A stretch of DNA of 63,509 bases, the filler included, from Octopus bimaculoides (lineage: Eukaryota): the NCBI RefSeq assembly GCF_001194135.2. It is 8 parts of 6 records of this genome, joined end to end, with 100 filler letters (N's around TTAATTAATTAA, not from the genome) between each part and the next. Parts side by side here need not be neighbours in the genome. Positions count along the whole stretch, not along the records: positions 1 to 13,484 come from NC_068985.1; positions 13,585 to 26,753 come from NC_069005.1; 6 more parts are not named here. The stretch is one strand, 5' to 3'. Both the position numbers and the translations under genes were made by a program. The notes below the pieces were generated by a model. It saw nothing but the letters and a program-made list of their open reading frames with translations, had not been told where the DNA came from and did no database searches. Position 1 is the first letter of the stretch, and each line of letters starts with the position of its first letter. Shown here in pieces: positions 12,097 through 25,056 of this stretch.

Positions 12097-13198
12097 TGTA
12101 GTGGCGTCATGCAGGCATAGCGTAGATTCGATCCTCGATAGCCAAATTTCACTTAACAGTTCAGCACTTTTCTCATGGTAGAACAATAGTTTTTCTGTGA
12201 GTGACAGCAGTTACATTTGCCAGATGCCTTCGCTAGGCAGAATAATTTCCTTACCACTTGACACTTCTAACCTCTTCTAGGCTACCGGAAGTTAGAATTG
12301 AGATAACAGGTATCACCAACAAAATCCATTGTTCTCTGTCCTTCTGACTAGTTTAGGATAGTTATAAAAACAAGAACTCCATAAGCCAAAGTCAGTTAGT
12401 GAGAACGAGTCTTGCTGACCAGCTGAATGAAATGCCATCTCCGAAGGAAAAGGCACAAAAGGACAACTACGGTAACACACGAATGAAGCAGTTGTTTCAT
12501 CCCACCACTCTCATTTTCACTAACTCACTTTCTTTCTTTTGGTTTAGTGACTATTGATATGAAGACTGTAGTTTCCCAGTTCAGAGTCACCGAAGTGCAG
12601 TGGCATTATAGCATTAGAAGGTAGCAATTGTTTTTAGATGGGGTCACCAATGTAATCAATGGATGTGACAACTGTTCATGCAAAGGTGAAGAAAACTAAT
12701 TTCTTCTTGTATATTTGTGTACACATTCTCATTTGTGTACACATTCTCATTTGTGTACACAGAGATATGGTAATGTTACAGAAAAAAGAAAGTGAGAGTG
12801 GTAGGACGAAACAACTGCTTCATTGGTGAGTTACCATAGTTGTCCCTTTGTGCCTTTTCCTTCCAGAGATGGGATTTTATTCAGCCAGCCAGCCAGACAC
12901 AGTTTTCACTAACTGACTTTGGCTTATGGAGTTCTTGTTTTTATAACTATCCAAAACTAGTCAGAAGGAGAGACATATTGTTGAGAACAATAGATTTCGT
13001 TGATGATACCTATCATCTCAAATCTAACTTTTGGTGGCCTAGAAGAGGTTACAAAGGTCAAGTGGCAAAGACATTATTCTGCTTAGTGAAGGCATCTGGC
13101 AAATGTAACTACTGTCACTTACAGAAAAACTATGGTTTGACCATGAGAAAAGTGCTGTTGAGCTGTTAAGTGAAATTTGGCTATCGACAATTGAAGCC

Positions 13199-13204
<6 letters not shown>
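12097..13204. mobile_element. Non-autonomous foldback/MITE-like element with about 400-bp terminal inverted repeats
   Basis: 12135-12520 is the diverged reverse complement of 12785-13187. The termini read TGTAGTGGC...GCCATTACA. The roughly 260-bp spacer contains an 18-bp tandem repeat. Confidence 0.7.
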
Positions 13205-13238
<34 letters not shown>

Positions 13239-13249
13239 AAAGATAAGAG

Positions 13250-13484
13250 TGAAAAAACTACAGAAGGCTTGTGTTACATGGTTAAAGTATATATCTAAAT
13301 TATAAGAAAATTGGAAAAGGTTCCTGGACGACTGTTTCATACTCTGGAATGAAAACACAGATGAACTCTTGAAATTCAAAAGTCTATTGAACAGTGTCAA
13401 CCCAAACATACAGTTCACAATGGAGCACAACCAAAAGGAGCTCCCATTCTTGGATATACTAATTAAAAAAGTAAACCTTAAAAT
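13250..13484 (+). mobile_element. Penelope-like reverse transcriptase fragment
   Basis: It translates as WKRFLDDCFILW...LNSVNPNIQFTMEHNQKELPFLDILI (PLE RT domains 5-7) and is cut by the scaffold end. Confidence 0.85.
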
Positions 13485-13584
13485 NNNNNNNNNNNNNNNN
13501 NNNNNNNNNNNNNNNNNNNNNNNNNNNNTTAATTAATTAANNNNNNNNNNNNNNNNNNNNNNNNNNNNNNNNNNNNNNNNNNNN
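13485..13584. other. Artificial scaffold-joining linker (44 N + TTAATTAATTAA + 44 N)
   Basis: Identical 100-bp linkers occur at 26754-26853, 33082-33181, 43428-43527, 56743-56842, 58736-58835 and 61239-61338. The 12-mer gives stops in all six frames. Confidence 0.95.
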
Positions 13585-14173
13585 ATTTCTTCGATCATAG
13601 GGATTTATTTTATTTCATTTCTGTTATTATTTTGTTTCTTTGTGATTTTTCTTGTTTTTTTTTTTTGTTTTTTTGTTTTTGTTTTGTTTTTTTTGTTTTT
13701 TTCTTCTGCTCACTTCTGTCAATTTTCACAAACGGAAGTGTTCATATTAATTTTGACAACTGTACAGAATTCTTTTTAGAAATTCTATACCGTTATGAAT
13801 GCTTCAAACGGAAAATCATTTCAACTGTATTCAATTCTAATTTACAAGACTTGCAGACTTACGTGAATATTCGCTATTAATATGGTTCGTTGAAGAAAGA
13901 AAGAGAACTAGAGAGAGAGAGAGAGAAAGAGAAAGGGGAGAGAATAGTGCGAGAAAGAGGAAAGAGAAGGAGTGACTGTGCAACGGCGAGAAATTATGTA
14001 TTCATCCATATACAAATATGTTTGTATATACACACTCATAAATACACTTACACACGCATGCCTAAAAAGATCCATTGATGTATATACATACACTCTCACA
14101 AACACACACATATATATACATATGTATGTGTATATATGTATATATATATATATATATGTGTGTGTGTATATAC

Positions 14174-14206
<33 letters not shown>

Positions 14207-14541
14207 TATATGTATATATATATATATATACAGGCAAATGCATATGTTTGTTACGTCATAGCATACAAAGAATTAGCAGTGTTGCAGTGTTTGAATACAT
14301 ATTTTATACATACGTAAATACACGCATATACATGTATGTGTGTATGTGCATGGGTGTTTGTGTGTGTGTTTGCTTGCGTGCGTGCATGTGCGAGCGCGCG
14401 CGTGTATGTTACGCATGCGTGCTTATCTAATTAAACATTACACACAAGGAATCCACAAAGGCTCGCTTGAATATTCAGAGAAACCATTCGCTTAGATTAC
14501 GAGTGGTGAAATAATAATCACAAGAACAGACACAACAAAAC

Positions 14542-14604
<63 letters not shown>

Positions 14605-14640
14605 TGATGGTGGTGGTGATGATGATGACGATGATGATGA
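14542..14640. repeat. (AAT)n/(GAT)n microsatellite
   Basis: Seen directly. It is representative of the many (AT)n, (CA)n, (ATT)n, (GAT)n and (GATA)n tracts in the window. Confidence 0.9.
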
Positions 14641-15029
14641 TTGTAACTGATTTTATTATGACTGTTATTAAAGGTAATAATATTAATAAGCCGTTTATTA
14701 TTGTTATTTATTATTATTTGAAATGCATCAGGAAATCTGGCTTGTGCATGCAGCATCTGCTAGCAACATCGGCAGGAATAACATTAAAGAGACCTGCTGA
14801 ATATACGTTCGAAAGAGCGCAATTAAAGTTGAAAGGGTTATATGGTATTTCAGGAATATTTTCAAAGAGTCTGCAAGGATCTTAACTTGGAGGGGGTGAA
14901 TGGCATGGCTGGCATCGACTGCATGAATATCATTTTGAGAGGAGGAGAACCGATATACAGGGAGATGTGAAAGAGAAAATGTGGGAGGAAAGGGGGTAGA
15001 GAGAGAGAGAGAGAGAGNNNNNNNNNNNN

Positions 15030-15085
<56 letters not shown>

Positions 15086-15339
15086 ATCAATGGGAAATTA
15101 GGAAGTAACTCAAATGCCATACAGAATTTGTTATTGCAAAGAATGCGCGTAATGAGACGCTGGGACTAATAGAGTCGGTAGAGCATCGTTCAAGATTCTT
15201 TACAAGATTTAGATTTTTACCTTTTTTATCGTTTACCTTATAACTTGAAATTGTTTCAGCCACTGGACTACGGCCTTGCGGGGTCACAACTTTGAGGGGA
15301 TTTATCTAGAATGAACTCACCCCAAGACTTAGTCACTCG

Positions 15340-15703
15340 ATTTACTGCAAAATGAGGGACCTGATAATATAATTATGGAATTCAAAAGAGTAGCCATAAC
15401 GGATTTCTGGAATCGTTTCCTGGATCGAATTTGGCATGCTGCTTGTTTCAAAATATCTACAACTACGTTATGCAAGAAGGACTAAAAAGCAAATGTCACG
15501 AAGATGAGAGTTTTAGTCTGAAAACGCGGCGTTTTTCTTTTGCCCTTGCCTTCCTGCCAGTTGATGATGGAGGTGGACATGAACAACTTTTAAATGATGA
15601 TGATATTCCGCAGTCAATTGTATCCTATTTTGAAAATGATTTTAACGGACTCCTTAGAGGAAGAGGACAGAGGAGGCGATGCCTTGAACCTCCGCTGAAC
15701 TGA
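15340..15703 (+). mobile_element. Mutator-like (MULE) transposase remnant
   Basis: It reads CLFQNIYNYVMQEGL...FALAFLPVDD...SIVSYFENDFNGLLRGRGQRRR, resembling the invertebrate MULE CFFH...ALAFLP...YFE motifs. Confidence 0.7.
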
Positions 15704-17629
15704 ATTGTTTTGTTTTGCTTTTATATATAAGTATTACCAGTATGGGTATCTACACTTCGGTGGAATCAAGACATCAACTCATAAATAAATGAAACCCTGA
15801 AATCCATCATTGTAAACACACACACACACACATACACATGCATAGAGTCGCATATATATGTATGCATGAATGTATGCATGTACCAACACCGTAATACACA
15901 TGTAGATGAAGCACTGTTCATATCAAAAGAAAAGTAAACAAAATGAAATACTTNNNNNNNNNNTGTTCATATCAAAAGAAAAGTAAACAAAATGAAATAC
16001 TTTCAGAAAATATTGCATACAATTTAAGTGTTTTCAATGCCTTTGAATGATGGGAGGTAAATCAAACGTACTATAGTTCGTTGTAGGATATAAGTAATAC
16101 GATCCCTTGATTATCGGAAAATTCGTACGTTCATTTTTTTTGCTGCCATTAAAAGTATTTGAACTCCTCCCATGATTAAAAAATCAACTTGTAAATAAAC
16201 GAAACCCACGAGTCAATCACTGTACACACACACACACACACACACACACGCACGCACGCACACACACACACACACATTCACACAGTCGTATATCTAAGTA
16301 TGTATTTATGTATGTTTGAAGATATTCCTACCATATTTTCATCGTTTCAAGCCACTCACCCAGTGAATATTTCTGCAAAATTTGGTGAAAATTCGTTCAG
16401 CCGTTCTCCAGTAATTTTGCAAACACACAGACAAACAGACGACGACGAGTGATTACAATAACCTGCTTTTGCTTACGCGTGCAGGGCAATATATACATAA
16501 CAGCATCATCTCCAAACAGTGATGATTAATTAACAAACTTCACGTTATTTCACATGCTTTTGTGATATATTTTAAATACTAAAGGCAAATTCACTACAGT
16601 GAAATTTTTCTCCACGGTAACAACAGTTAATTTGGCTTTTAGAAATTAATAAATTCCGAAAAACATTATTTTAACTAACCTAAAGTTAAGTAAATATAGG
16701 TGGGGGGGGGGGTTTACCCTTAAACGGCGATTTATGGTTGCATGAATGCACGTGCCAAACAGGAACATATACATATTTATACTTGTTTTCACCTTAAATG
16801 CGAATGAAAAAGACAATATTTGTAAGTCTCTGGCGCGATTAAATTTACAATCTTATTATTGAATTGTGCTGTAAAATATTCGCTTTCCTTTAATGCTGGC
16901 CGTAACCATACGAACGTTTTCAACCATCAAACGGTAATGTCAACTGCTCTCTCATCAAACATCAATTGATTATGTCCGCCGTTTAAGAGTTAATTAGCCA
17001 CGAGAGATAGTAAATGTTTCGTTAAAGGATATGGTGATATTATGAAGCCTTCATTCATGATAATGTTCAGAGCAGATGGGATACAAATTAGTAGCCCTAG
17101 TTCTCCGTAGCTATTTGATTTGCAGAATATATAAATAGTTCGACTGTTTAATGCTCTTTGATTGGTCAGTGACGCAGAGATCAGCAATGAGGCGTCAATA
17201 CGTGTCAAAATTGATTACAGCTTTTCATATTTTTTTTTAATCTACATGTATAGACATGGGTTTACATAAAATATATCAGTGTAGTAAGCTATGAAATCCA
17301 TTCGAATTATATTCTGGAGAATAAAACTGATTCTCGTCACCTACGTCAATCTTTCTTCACTGATGAAGATGATATCACCAAGTCATCTAGTAGCTAACAA
17401 GTACTGATAAGATGCTCTAATATCTAAATATATCTATAGATGCCACCTTACTTATCAAGGATCATGCTAACTCCAGAATGAAACTTAATGTCAATATCCG
17501 AGTTGTTTTCCTTACCAGTATTTGTTTCATATTTTGACACAAGAACAGCAGATTCGGAGGAGGGTTCAGCCGATTACATCGACAGCAGTACTCAACTATG
17601 CGTGCGAAAGTTTCTGATTCCTTTACTGC

Positions 17630-17850
17630 CCACAAGGGGCTACACACAGAAGGGACAAACAAGGACAGACAAAGGGACTGAGTCGACTATATCGACCCCA
17701 GTGCGTAACTGGTAATTATTTAATCGACCCCGAAAGGATGAAAGACAAAGTCGACCTCGGCGGAATTTGAACTTTGAACCAAATACCAGCAGACGAAATA
17801 CCGCTAAGCATTTTGCTCGGCGTGCTAACGTTTCTGCCAGTTCGGCGCCT
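17630..17850 (-). mobile_element. MetaSINE-like SINE (family B), CpG-intact copy
   Basis: It is the reverse complement of GGCGAGCTGGCAGAAACGTTAGCACGCCG...GAGGTCGACTTTGTCTTTCATCCTTTCGGGGTCGA. Similar copies lie at 19480-19810(-), 30285-30705(-) and 36470-36670(-). Confidence 0.8.
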
Positions 17851-19085
17851 ATCCCTTACCATTATTGACAAGAATTTATCGTTGAAATAAATCATGTTAC
17901 TGTTTGCCATCTGCGTCTATTTGTGCTTGTAGGCAGAGTGATTATGGAGCATCTATGCATGGCCATCGAGGTATAAGCGTTTTTAGTTGCTGCATGCTGC
18001 TGTCTGCTTTCAGTTCTTACCACCAAAATGATCCTTTGCCTACAAATATCTTGCAGTACCAAGTTGTGACTATATTTTGTAAATGGGTACCTTGTAGTAG
18101 GTTAAATATAAGGCATCTCAGAGCAACTGTGGGCCCAAGAAAGGCATCCAGCATCACACGTTTGTGAACATATACTGATGTCACTCAACCGCTGTCCTAG
18201 ATATGGAGAATAGTAACAAGCACAGGCTGGCTCACACATGATTAGAAAACAATCTAGGCAAAGTTTTCCGTCACAGAAACCAAAGATGCTACTCGCTCAG
18301 GTCCCGTATAGTATGCCACCTGAGGTTTACCGAGTAAATGGGACATAATTGTTTATGCCGTAAAGATGGTAGCCCGCAGTCCTTGAAATGCATTGATAGT
18401 GTAACAAAAGAGTAAGGAGGATTTGAAACCAAGGTAGCTGAAGGTATCGTCATTGGGCGGCCTACATTTTTCCCGGTATAATACTAATATATTTTCTTTA
18501 CTTTTCATCAATATAGAACGAACACTACCCACCTAAACATTTGCCGCTTATCTATATAATTCTCTTTGTCACATCTTCAAAAACAATATAAAATATAACG
18601 TTCATTTTGTTTTTGTATGAACGAAAGACAAGAAAATATGATGAATACAAAATATGCGAACCTTATTTGAAATATATTTCATTAGCAATATAAGTTCAGC
18701 TGCGGGATGTAGGTCATACATCTCTACCAATCAAAATTCAGGAATGTAAATTAGTCTTTCGAGAAGAGAACATAGTGCAAGGTACCGTTTCCAGGAGCAG
18801 ACGAAAATCTCCTAAGATTTGAATAGCAAACATTTCGCCAACACCGATTCTAGAAATTTTCAGCTTGCATCAGCGCCTTGTGTAGGAAACATTTGCATTT
18901 AGCAAATAATGCCTACCAATATCTTCTCTAGTGTTTCATTCTTCATAATTAAATTCAAGTGTGATTGTACATAGAATCATAATTCGAATTTTCCAATAAA
19001 AGAAGAAAAAACATGATTGTTATGTGTATGTATATAAGTATGACTCTCTCTCTCTCTCCCAACACCTATACATACCTGCATACAC

Positions 19086-19121
<36 letters not shown>

Positions 19122-19168
19122 GTGTATGCAGGTATGTATAGGTGTTGGGAGAGAGAGAGAGAGTCATA

Positions 19169-19231
<63 letters not shown>

Positions 19232-19248
19232 GTGTATGCATATATATA

Positions 19249-19279
<31 letters not shown>

Positions 19280-22200
19280 AGGCCTGGCTGTGTGGTAAGA
19301 AGCTTGCTTCCCAACCACGTCATTCCGGGGGTTCAGCTTCACTGCGTGACACCTTGGGCAAGAGACTTTTACTAAGGCCTCGGGCTGACCACATAAACAC
19401 AAGCTTGTGAGTTGCTTTGGTTGATGAAAATTATACACAAACGCACACACACATGACTTATACATTATGCTATTGACCCCGAAGACACGATGACAAAGTT
19501 GACGTTGTGGGTGGGATGTGAACTCAGAACGTTAACCAGAGGAAATTCCGTTAAGCAGTTTCTCCTACGTGCTAACGATCCTGCCAGCTCACCTCCTTCC
19601 TTTCTACTCTAGGCCCAAGGCCCAAAATTTGTGGATTGGGGTCCAGTCGATTGGATTGACACGTGAACGAAACTGGTTCTGAATTTATCGACCCCGGAAA
19701 GATGTAAAGCAAAGTCGACCTCGGCGGTGTTTGAACTCAGAACGTAAAGACTGACGAAATACTGCTAAGCATTTCGCCCGGCGTGCTAACGCTTCTGCCA
19801 GCTCAACACTTTACTCCTTGGTATTACTTTCACTTATATTCATGATAATGATTTTTTTTTCAGTCAACATTTTTTTAAAACCTGGTATTTATTATCTCGG
19901 CTTTTGTTGAAACGCTAATTTACGAGCGTGTGGGCGGGGACAAACACACATAGAAAGACACACACACATAGAAAGACACACACACATAGAAAGACACACA
20001 CACATATACAACACACACACACACACACATATATACAAGACACCCACACACACACATATATATATATATATACTCGAACACACACATACATATATATATG
20101 CGATACGTTTCTTTCAGTTTCCGTCTACCAGATCCACTCACAATGCTTTGGTCGGCCCGGCGTTATAGTAGGAGACACCTACCGGGGGTGCTACGTTGTG
20201 AGACTGAACCGAGAACCTTATGGTCGAAAGTTAGCTTCTTACTACAATTTTACGCCAGCAACTATATGAATCATGAATTTTGATTTTCTATCAAATAAGC
20301 AAAATACGACAGATCGAAGCAAAAGTTTATGATCGACTTTAAAACATTTGAATCTCAAAAGTAAAAGAGTGATAATGGAACTGGCTTTAAAAACGTTATA
20401 ACAAAATACAACAAATACCTTCTCAATCGCTCAACTGATTATTTTCATGCCTATTCTGTTTGCATTATCATTAAAGATAATGGTCCAATAAATCCTAAGA
20501 TTGCTTCTTGTACCATCGTTAATTCACCACTTCATCTACCACAGATCGATAAATATGTAAAAGCATTATATTTTGATTGATTCGAAAAAATGAAAAGCAC
20601 CCCATGAAAATTTGTAAGAGGAACATTAAACTATAAACGGAAAACATTAAATTAAATTAAAGTTTTACTCAGCATTTAACACTGGCAACCTAGTACAGGT
20701 TCAGAAATCTCTTATTGGTATCGATAACTGAATATTTATTCGTATTTTTCAATTGTTACTTCCGGATGAGAAAACACCACCTGCAGAGATATTTTGTGAA
20801 AAGAATTTATGAAATAAAAATAAAAATATTAATTATTATTTTCGAAGAGAAAATTGAAGCCATGAAAGCGTATTTATATACGCTATTACAATGCATATAT
20901 GTATACACAAACGCAAATGTACATACATACATACATANNNNNNNNNNNNNNNNNNNNNNNNNNNNNNNNNNNNNNNNNNNNNNNNNNNNNNNNNNNNNNN
21001 NNNNNNNNNNNNNNNNNNNNNNNNNNNNNNNNNNNNNNNNNNNNNNNNNNNNNNNNNNNNNNNNNNNNNNNNNNNNNNNNNNNNNNNNNNNNNNAAATAT
21101 ATGTATCTATGTATATGTATGTATATATGTGTGCGTGTATATGTGTCTCTATGTATGTATATATGTATATATATATATATAGCTCTCTCTCTATATATGT
21201 ATATATATATATCAATTCTTTTGGAAGCACTGGGGCCATTACCTTCATTTTGAGGACCCCTTCTTTTTTCATTCCCACCCAGCCGTCTAGATGTCACTAT
21301 AACGGTTCCTAAGGATTCCCCCCACACACAAACATAACGACTAATAAGGTACGGTAATTACATATATCTATTTGCATGTTGGTGGGCACACACTTATCTA
21401 AATATGCCTACCACTACACTTTCCATTACATACCTTGATGCAAACAGATGCATGTACAGACGAGTGCTATAGATGCACCCTGCCTACTTACACAAATACA
21501 GTTGGGCATGTGCCTCATACACTCCCAGATTAACAACAGGAAAAAGATGGGGCGCCATATGTAATAAATGAATGACGTACGATTCCTTATAAGCAATTTA
21601 CAACAAAGGTTAGTTGACATATATACAAAGACAAAACTAGTTTAGTCTATTAAATCAACTCATTCCTTCAACAGTGCTATATTTAATCGATTACGAAAAT
21701 ATCAAGTTCACTGTTGTGTACTGAAATTCAGAACCTAAAGAGTTGGAACAAGCATTTTGTTTGACGTTGTACTCGTAATGGTTATGCCAAGTGACTAACT
21801 TGTAATAATTGCTTATATTGCCCAATGGGGATAACAGACAACTATTGTGTATTATGGGCCTCCCATTCTATAAACGCGGATCGGAGAAATGCAAGTTTGA
21901 TCTCAGCATAATACAAATTCAGAATGAGAACTAGCATAATATTTTGTCACGTGAGGTATTTTCTCCGATGTTTTAATGGTGTTGACAATCCAATTCATTA
22001 ATATCAGCAAGTATTTATAAAGCTGTCATCACTCATTTTAGAAAACACATTCATGAAATCCTTGTTGCTGGGGAGCACATTTCTACCAAAAGAATTTGAT
22101 AGTTCAAACATTTTAATTGTCACGTAAATTTCAAATAATAAAACTTAATACAATTTAGTGGTAAAAATAGAAAAAAGATAAATTTATCGTTGAAGTAATG

Positions 22201-23494
22201 ATTAGCGCGTAGATGATATATATTAACCATTTAGGTTTACAGTGGAAGTGTGCCAGTGACCATGTCGCAGTTAGCGCGAGAAAATATCAGCCAAAAATAA
22301 TAAAAGTTTAAGTGTTTTGTGTCGAAAGATGTAACTGGCGAGATTCGAATGAAATTATGAAGTAATACAAATTTAGTTAACAAAGCTTTCTATGAAGTTC
22401 AGCCACTATTAAAACAATTGCTCTTAATTTAAACCGAAGACCAGCATTTGGAAACAAAGGGTGTTAGTCGATAGTCATTGAAACTTGACAGGTACTCATC
22501 ATATTAAACCCGCAGGGATGAAAAGCAAATAGAATATCAGTGGAATTTGAAACTACAATGTACAAAAGGTATGGTCAAATACACCAGGGCTTAAATTCAT
22601 ATAATCTGATGTTGTAACGATTCGGTTAGCTTCCCATTTTACCATATTAATGGCACTTGCTATCAATTAGTAAAGAAATAATGAAGGAATCAAGACATCG
22701 TCCCATTACTTCATCATCGATATGATGACACAATAAGTTATTTCCCTTCGCTCATTCCATTTCATTTTACTAATTTTGCAAAGTGTACTAGCTCTATTTT
22801 TATTCATCACTAAGTAGTGAGTTCAAGGTTTTTTGCTGCTTTGCCAAAAAGACAGAGACATGTATGGAAAATGGAAAGTGTTCTCAATGCGGATAAACTA
22901 GAGGATGCATAGAAGTCTTCAGAAGATTGAATATCACACTTTGAGATTTGATATGTAGAAGGGTTTTTTTTTTCATGTCTTTGGAAAGGGGTTTTTAACT
23001 CGAAATATGAGGAGTAATTAAACATTTCGGCATTTTAATATTTAGCTTTCTATGTAATATTCCACCTGCGGTGTTATTTCATCATAGAAACTGGTTTTGT
23101 TACCTCTCACATTCAGTTTCTTCCGAATGTAAAAATACATGGTTTTCGACTGGCGGAAAATATACCAACATGGAGAGAATCTCTATGCAGACAACTTTGA
23201 ATATATTTTATATTTATTTCTTAACCTTTAGATTTTTTTTTCCTTTTAGAAAATAAAATCCCTAACAATCTTTTCTGTTGATCTAAGTAACCAAGCAACT
23301 ATTCTTGCGTTATAACTGTTACACATTAGAACTAGTTCCCTTTTTTTGTTGTTGTTTAAGCACATGCTCATTACTGGAAGAAACCCACAATTTGATAGTG
23401 AGTTACATATGTGTGAGTATGTGTGTGCCATGTAAGCTAAGCATATATGTAGATATGTACAATGAAATATAATAGTTTAAATAACAACACACTC

Positions 23495-23904
23495 CAATAT
23501 TTTTTGTAAAAATTTATTTAAGTAAGATTAGAAAATATTCAAGTACAAAAGGAAAATATAAACCAGGTGTGTCCAACTTGTGGTCCACAAGAGAGGTCCT
23601 GCTCAGAGTGAGGTTGTGTGCCGCACTTGACTCAGTTTCAATATATTACTATATGCAGCTTGCATGTATTCAAAGCCCGATCTGAGTTTAAATCAATGCC
23701 CCATCAGATTGGTGGAAGGCAAGAACTTAATTTATTCCTCATTCATGCTTGTAGCAAATGTGAAGTTTCTGACACTTCTGACATAAGCAGAAGACAAATA
23801 TAGGTGAGAAATATATGTGAAGAGTCTTAAAATAATATGCAGTGAAACATGGCAGAGATGTTGCATTCTTCTTTATAATTGGGTGTTGTGAACAGGTCAG
23901 TTAT
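23495..23904 (-). other. Candidate terminal exon / 3' UTR of the zinc-finger gene
   Basis: Minus-strand acceptor ttttttatatttcag at 23905. Splicing from 25057 gives AA|A TAA (Lys-stop). AATAAA lies on the minus strand at 23513-23518. Confidence 0.45.
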
Positions 23905-24856
23905 CTGAAATATAAAAAATAATAAACACAGTGAATTGATAATTAAGAGAAATATTGCATTGCTGTAAACTTGAATCTGAGGAGGAGACACAGGACAATC
24001 ATTTGGATGGACTTTTTTTCGGAAATACGGTATGAAACGGGAACACTGTATTTGTCCCATTACATGCAACAGGATAAGGGTTTACATTTAATAAAATCAA
24101 TGACATTTGATTTTAGAGTTGCCTCCCCTATATTTATTTTCCTGGATTAATTATCATAGATAGTAGAGTGTGTGCTAGAATTCGGTTACCAGTTATATTT
24201 CTTAAGATGCTTGTTTTATTGTTACTGTATTATTTTATTTCTTAATATTCATATTAATAAATATTGATATATTAGTTAATCTAACTAGCAAGTATATGCC
24301 TCTGAATATTCATTTTATTTACTCTGTATGCAATATCTAGCACACACACAAACACACACACACACACAAACACACACACAACTATATGCATACATACGTA
24401 CATACTTACATACACATATATCAATACTTAAATATTGTGAAGAAAAACAATTTTAAATACAAACGTAAACCGTAGAATCTTGAATGTTATGAACACAAAT
24501 CATACATACCCATGTGAATGGTATTATATATGCTGTTGCAGAAATGCGTCACCTTTGCCACCGGTTACTCCTCGATGATCAGTCTGTTGAAAACAATGTG
24601 AATATTAGAGAAAGAAGAAGCGAGTGTTACAAGTTCGAACATGATTATAAAATGTGATCGAAATCAGCCAAGGAAAGATAACTACTATGTTGACACAAAC
24701 TTCAATATGGAACAGCAAGCATATGCAGAAACTTAAACATGTGAATATATGCAAGTATTTCATATATATANNNNNNNNNNNNNNNNNNNNNNNNNNNNNN
24801 NNNNNNNNNNNNNNNNNNNNNNNNNNNNNNNNNNNNNNNNNNNNNNNNNNNNNATA

Positions 24857-24892
<36 letters not shown>

Positions 24893-24894
24893 TT

Positions 24895-24969
<75 letters not shown>

Positions 24970-25056
24970 AAGTTTCACATCCTAGCAGTCAGTGATGTTC
25001 TGTGACGTAATTCAATGTATCAGGATAAACGAATAATATATGACAATTTTACTTAC

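Noticed and set aside
16700-17220. Promoter-like cluster (CACGTG, ATTGG, TGACG sites in CpG-retaining DNA); similar CCAAT/TATA-like motifs at 42330-42420
   Set aside because: These short motifs are expected by chance and no adjacent first exon could be identified.
17360-17394. CTGATGA followed by an AGATGA/TCATCT hairpin (hammerhead-like start)
   Set aside because: No GAAA follows the stem, and there is no stem I/III pairing or NUH site.
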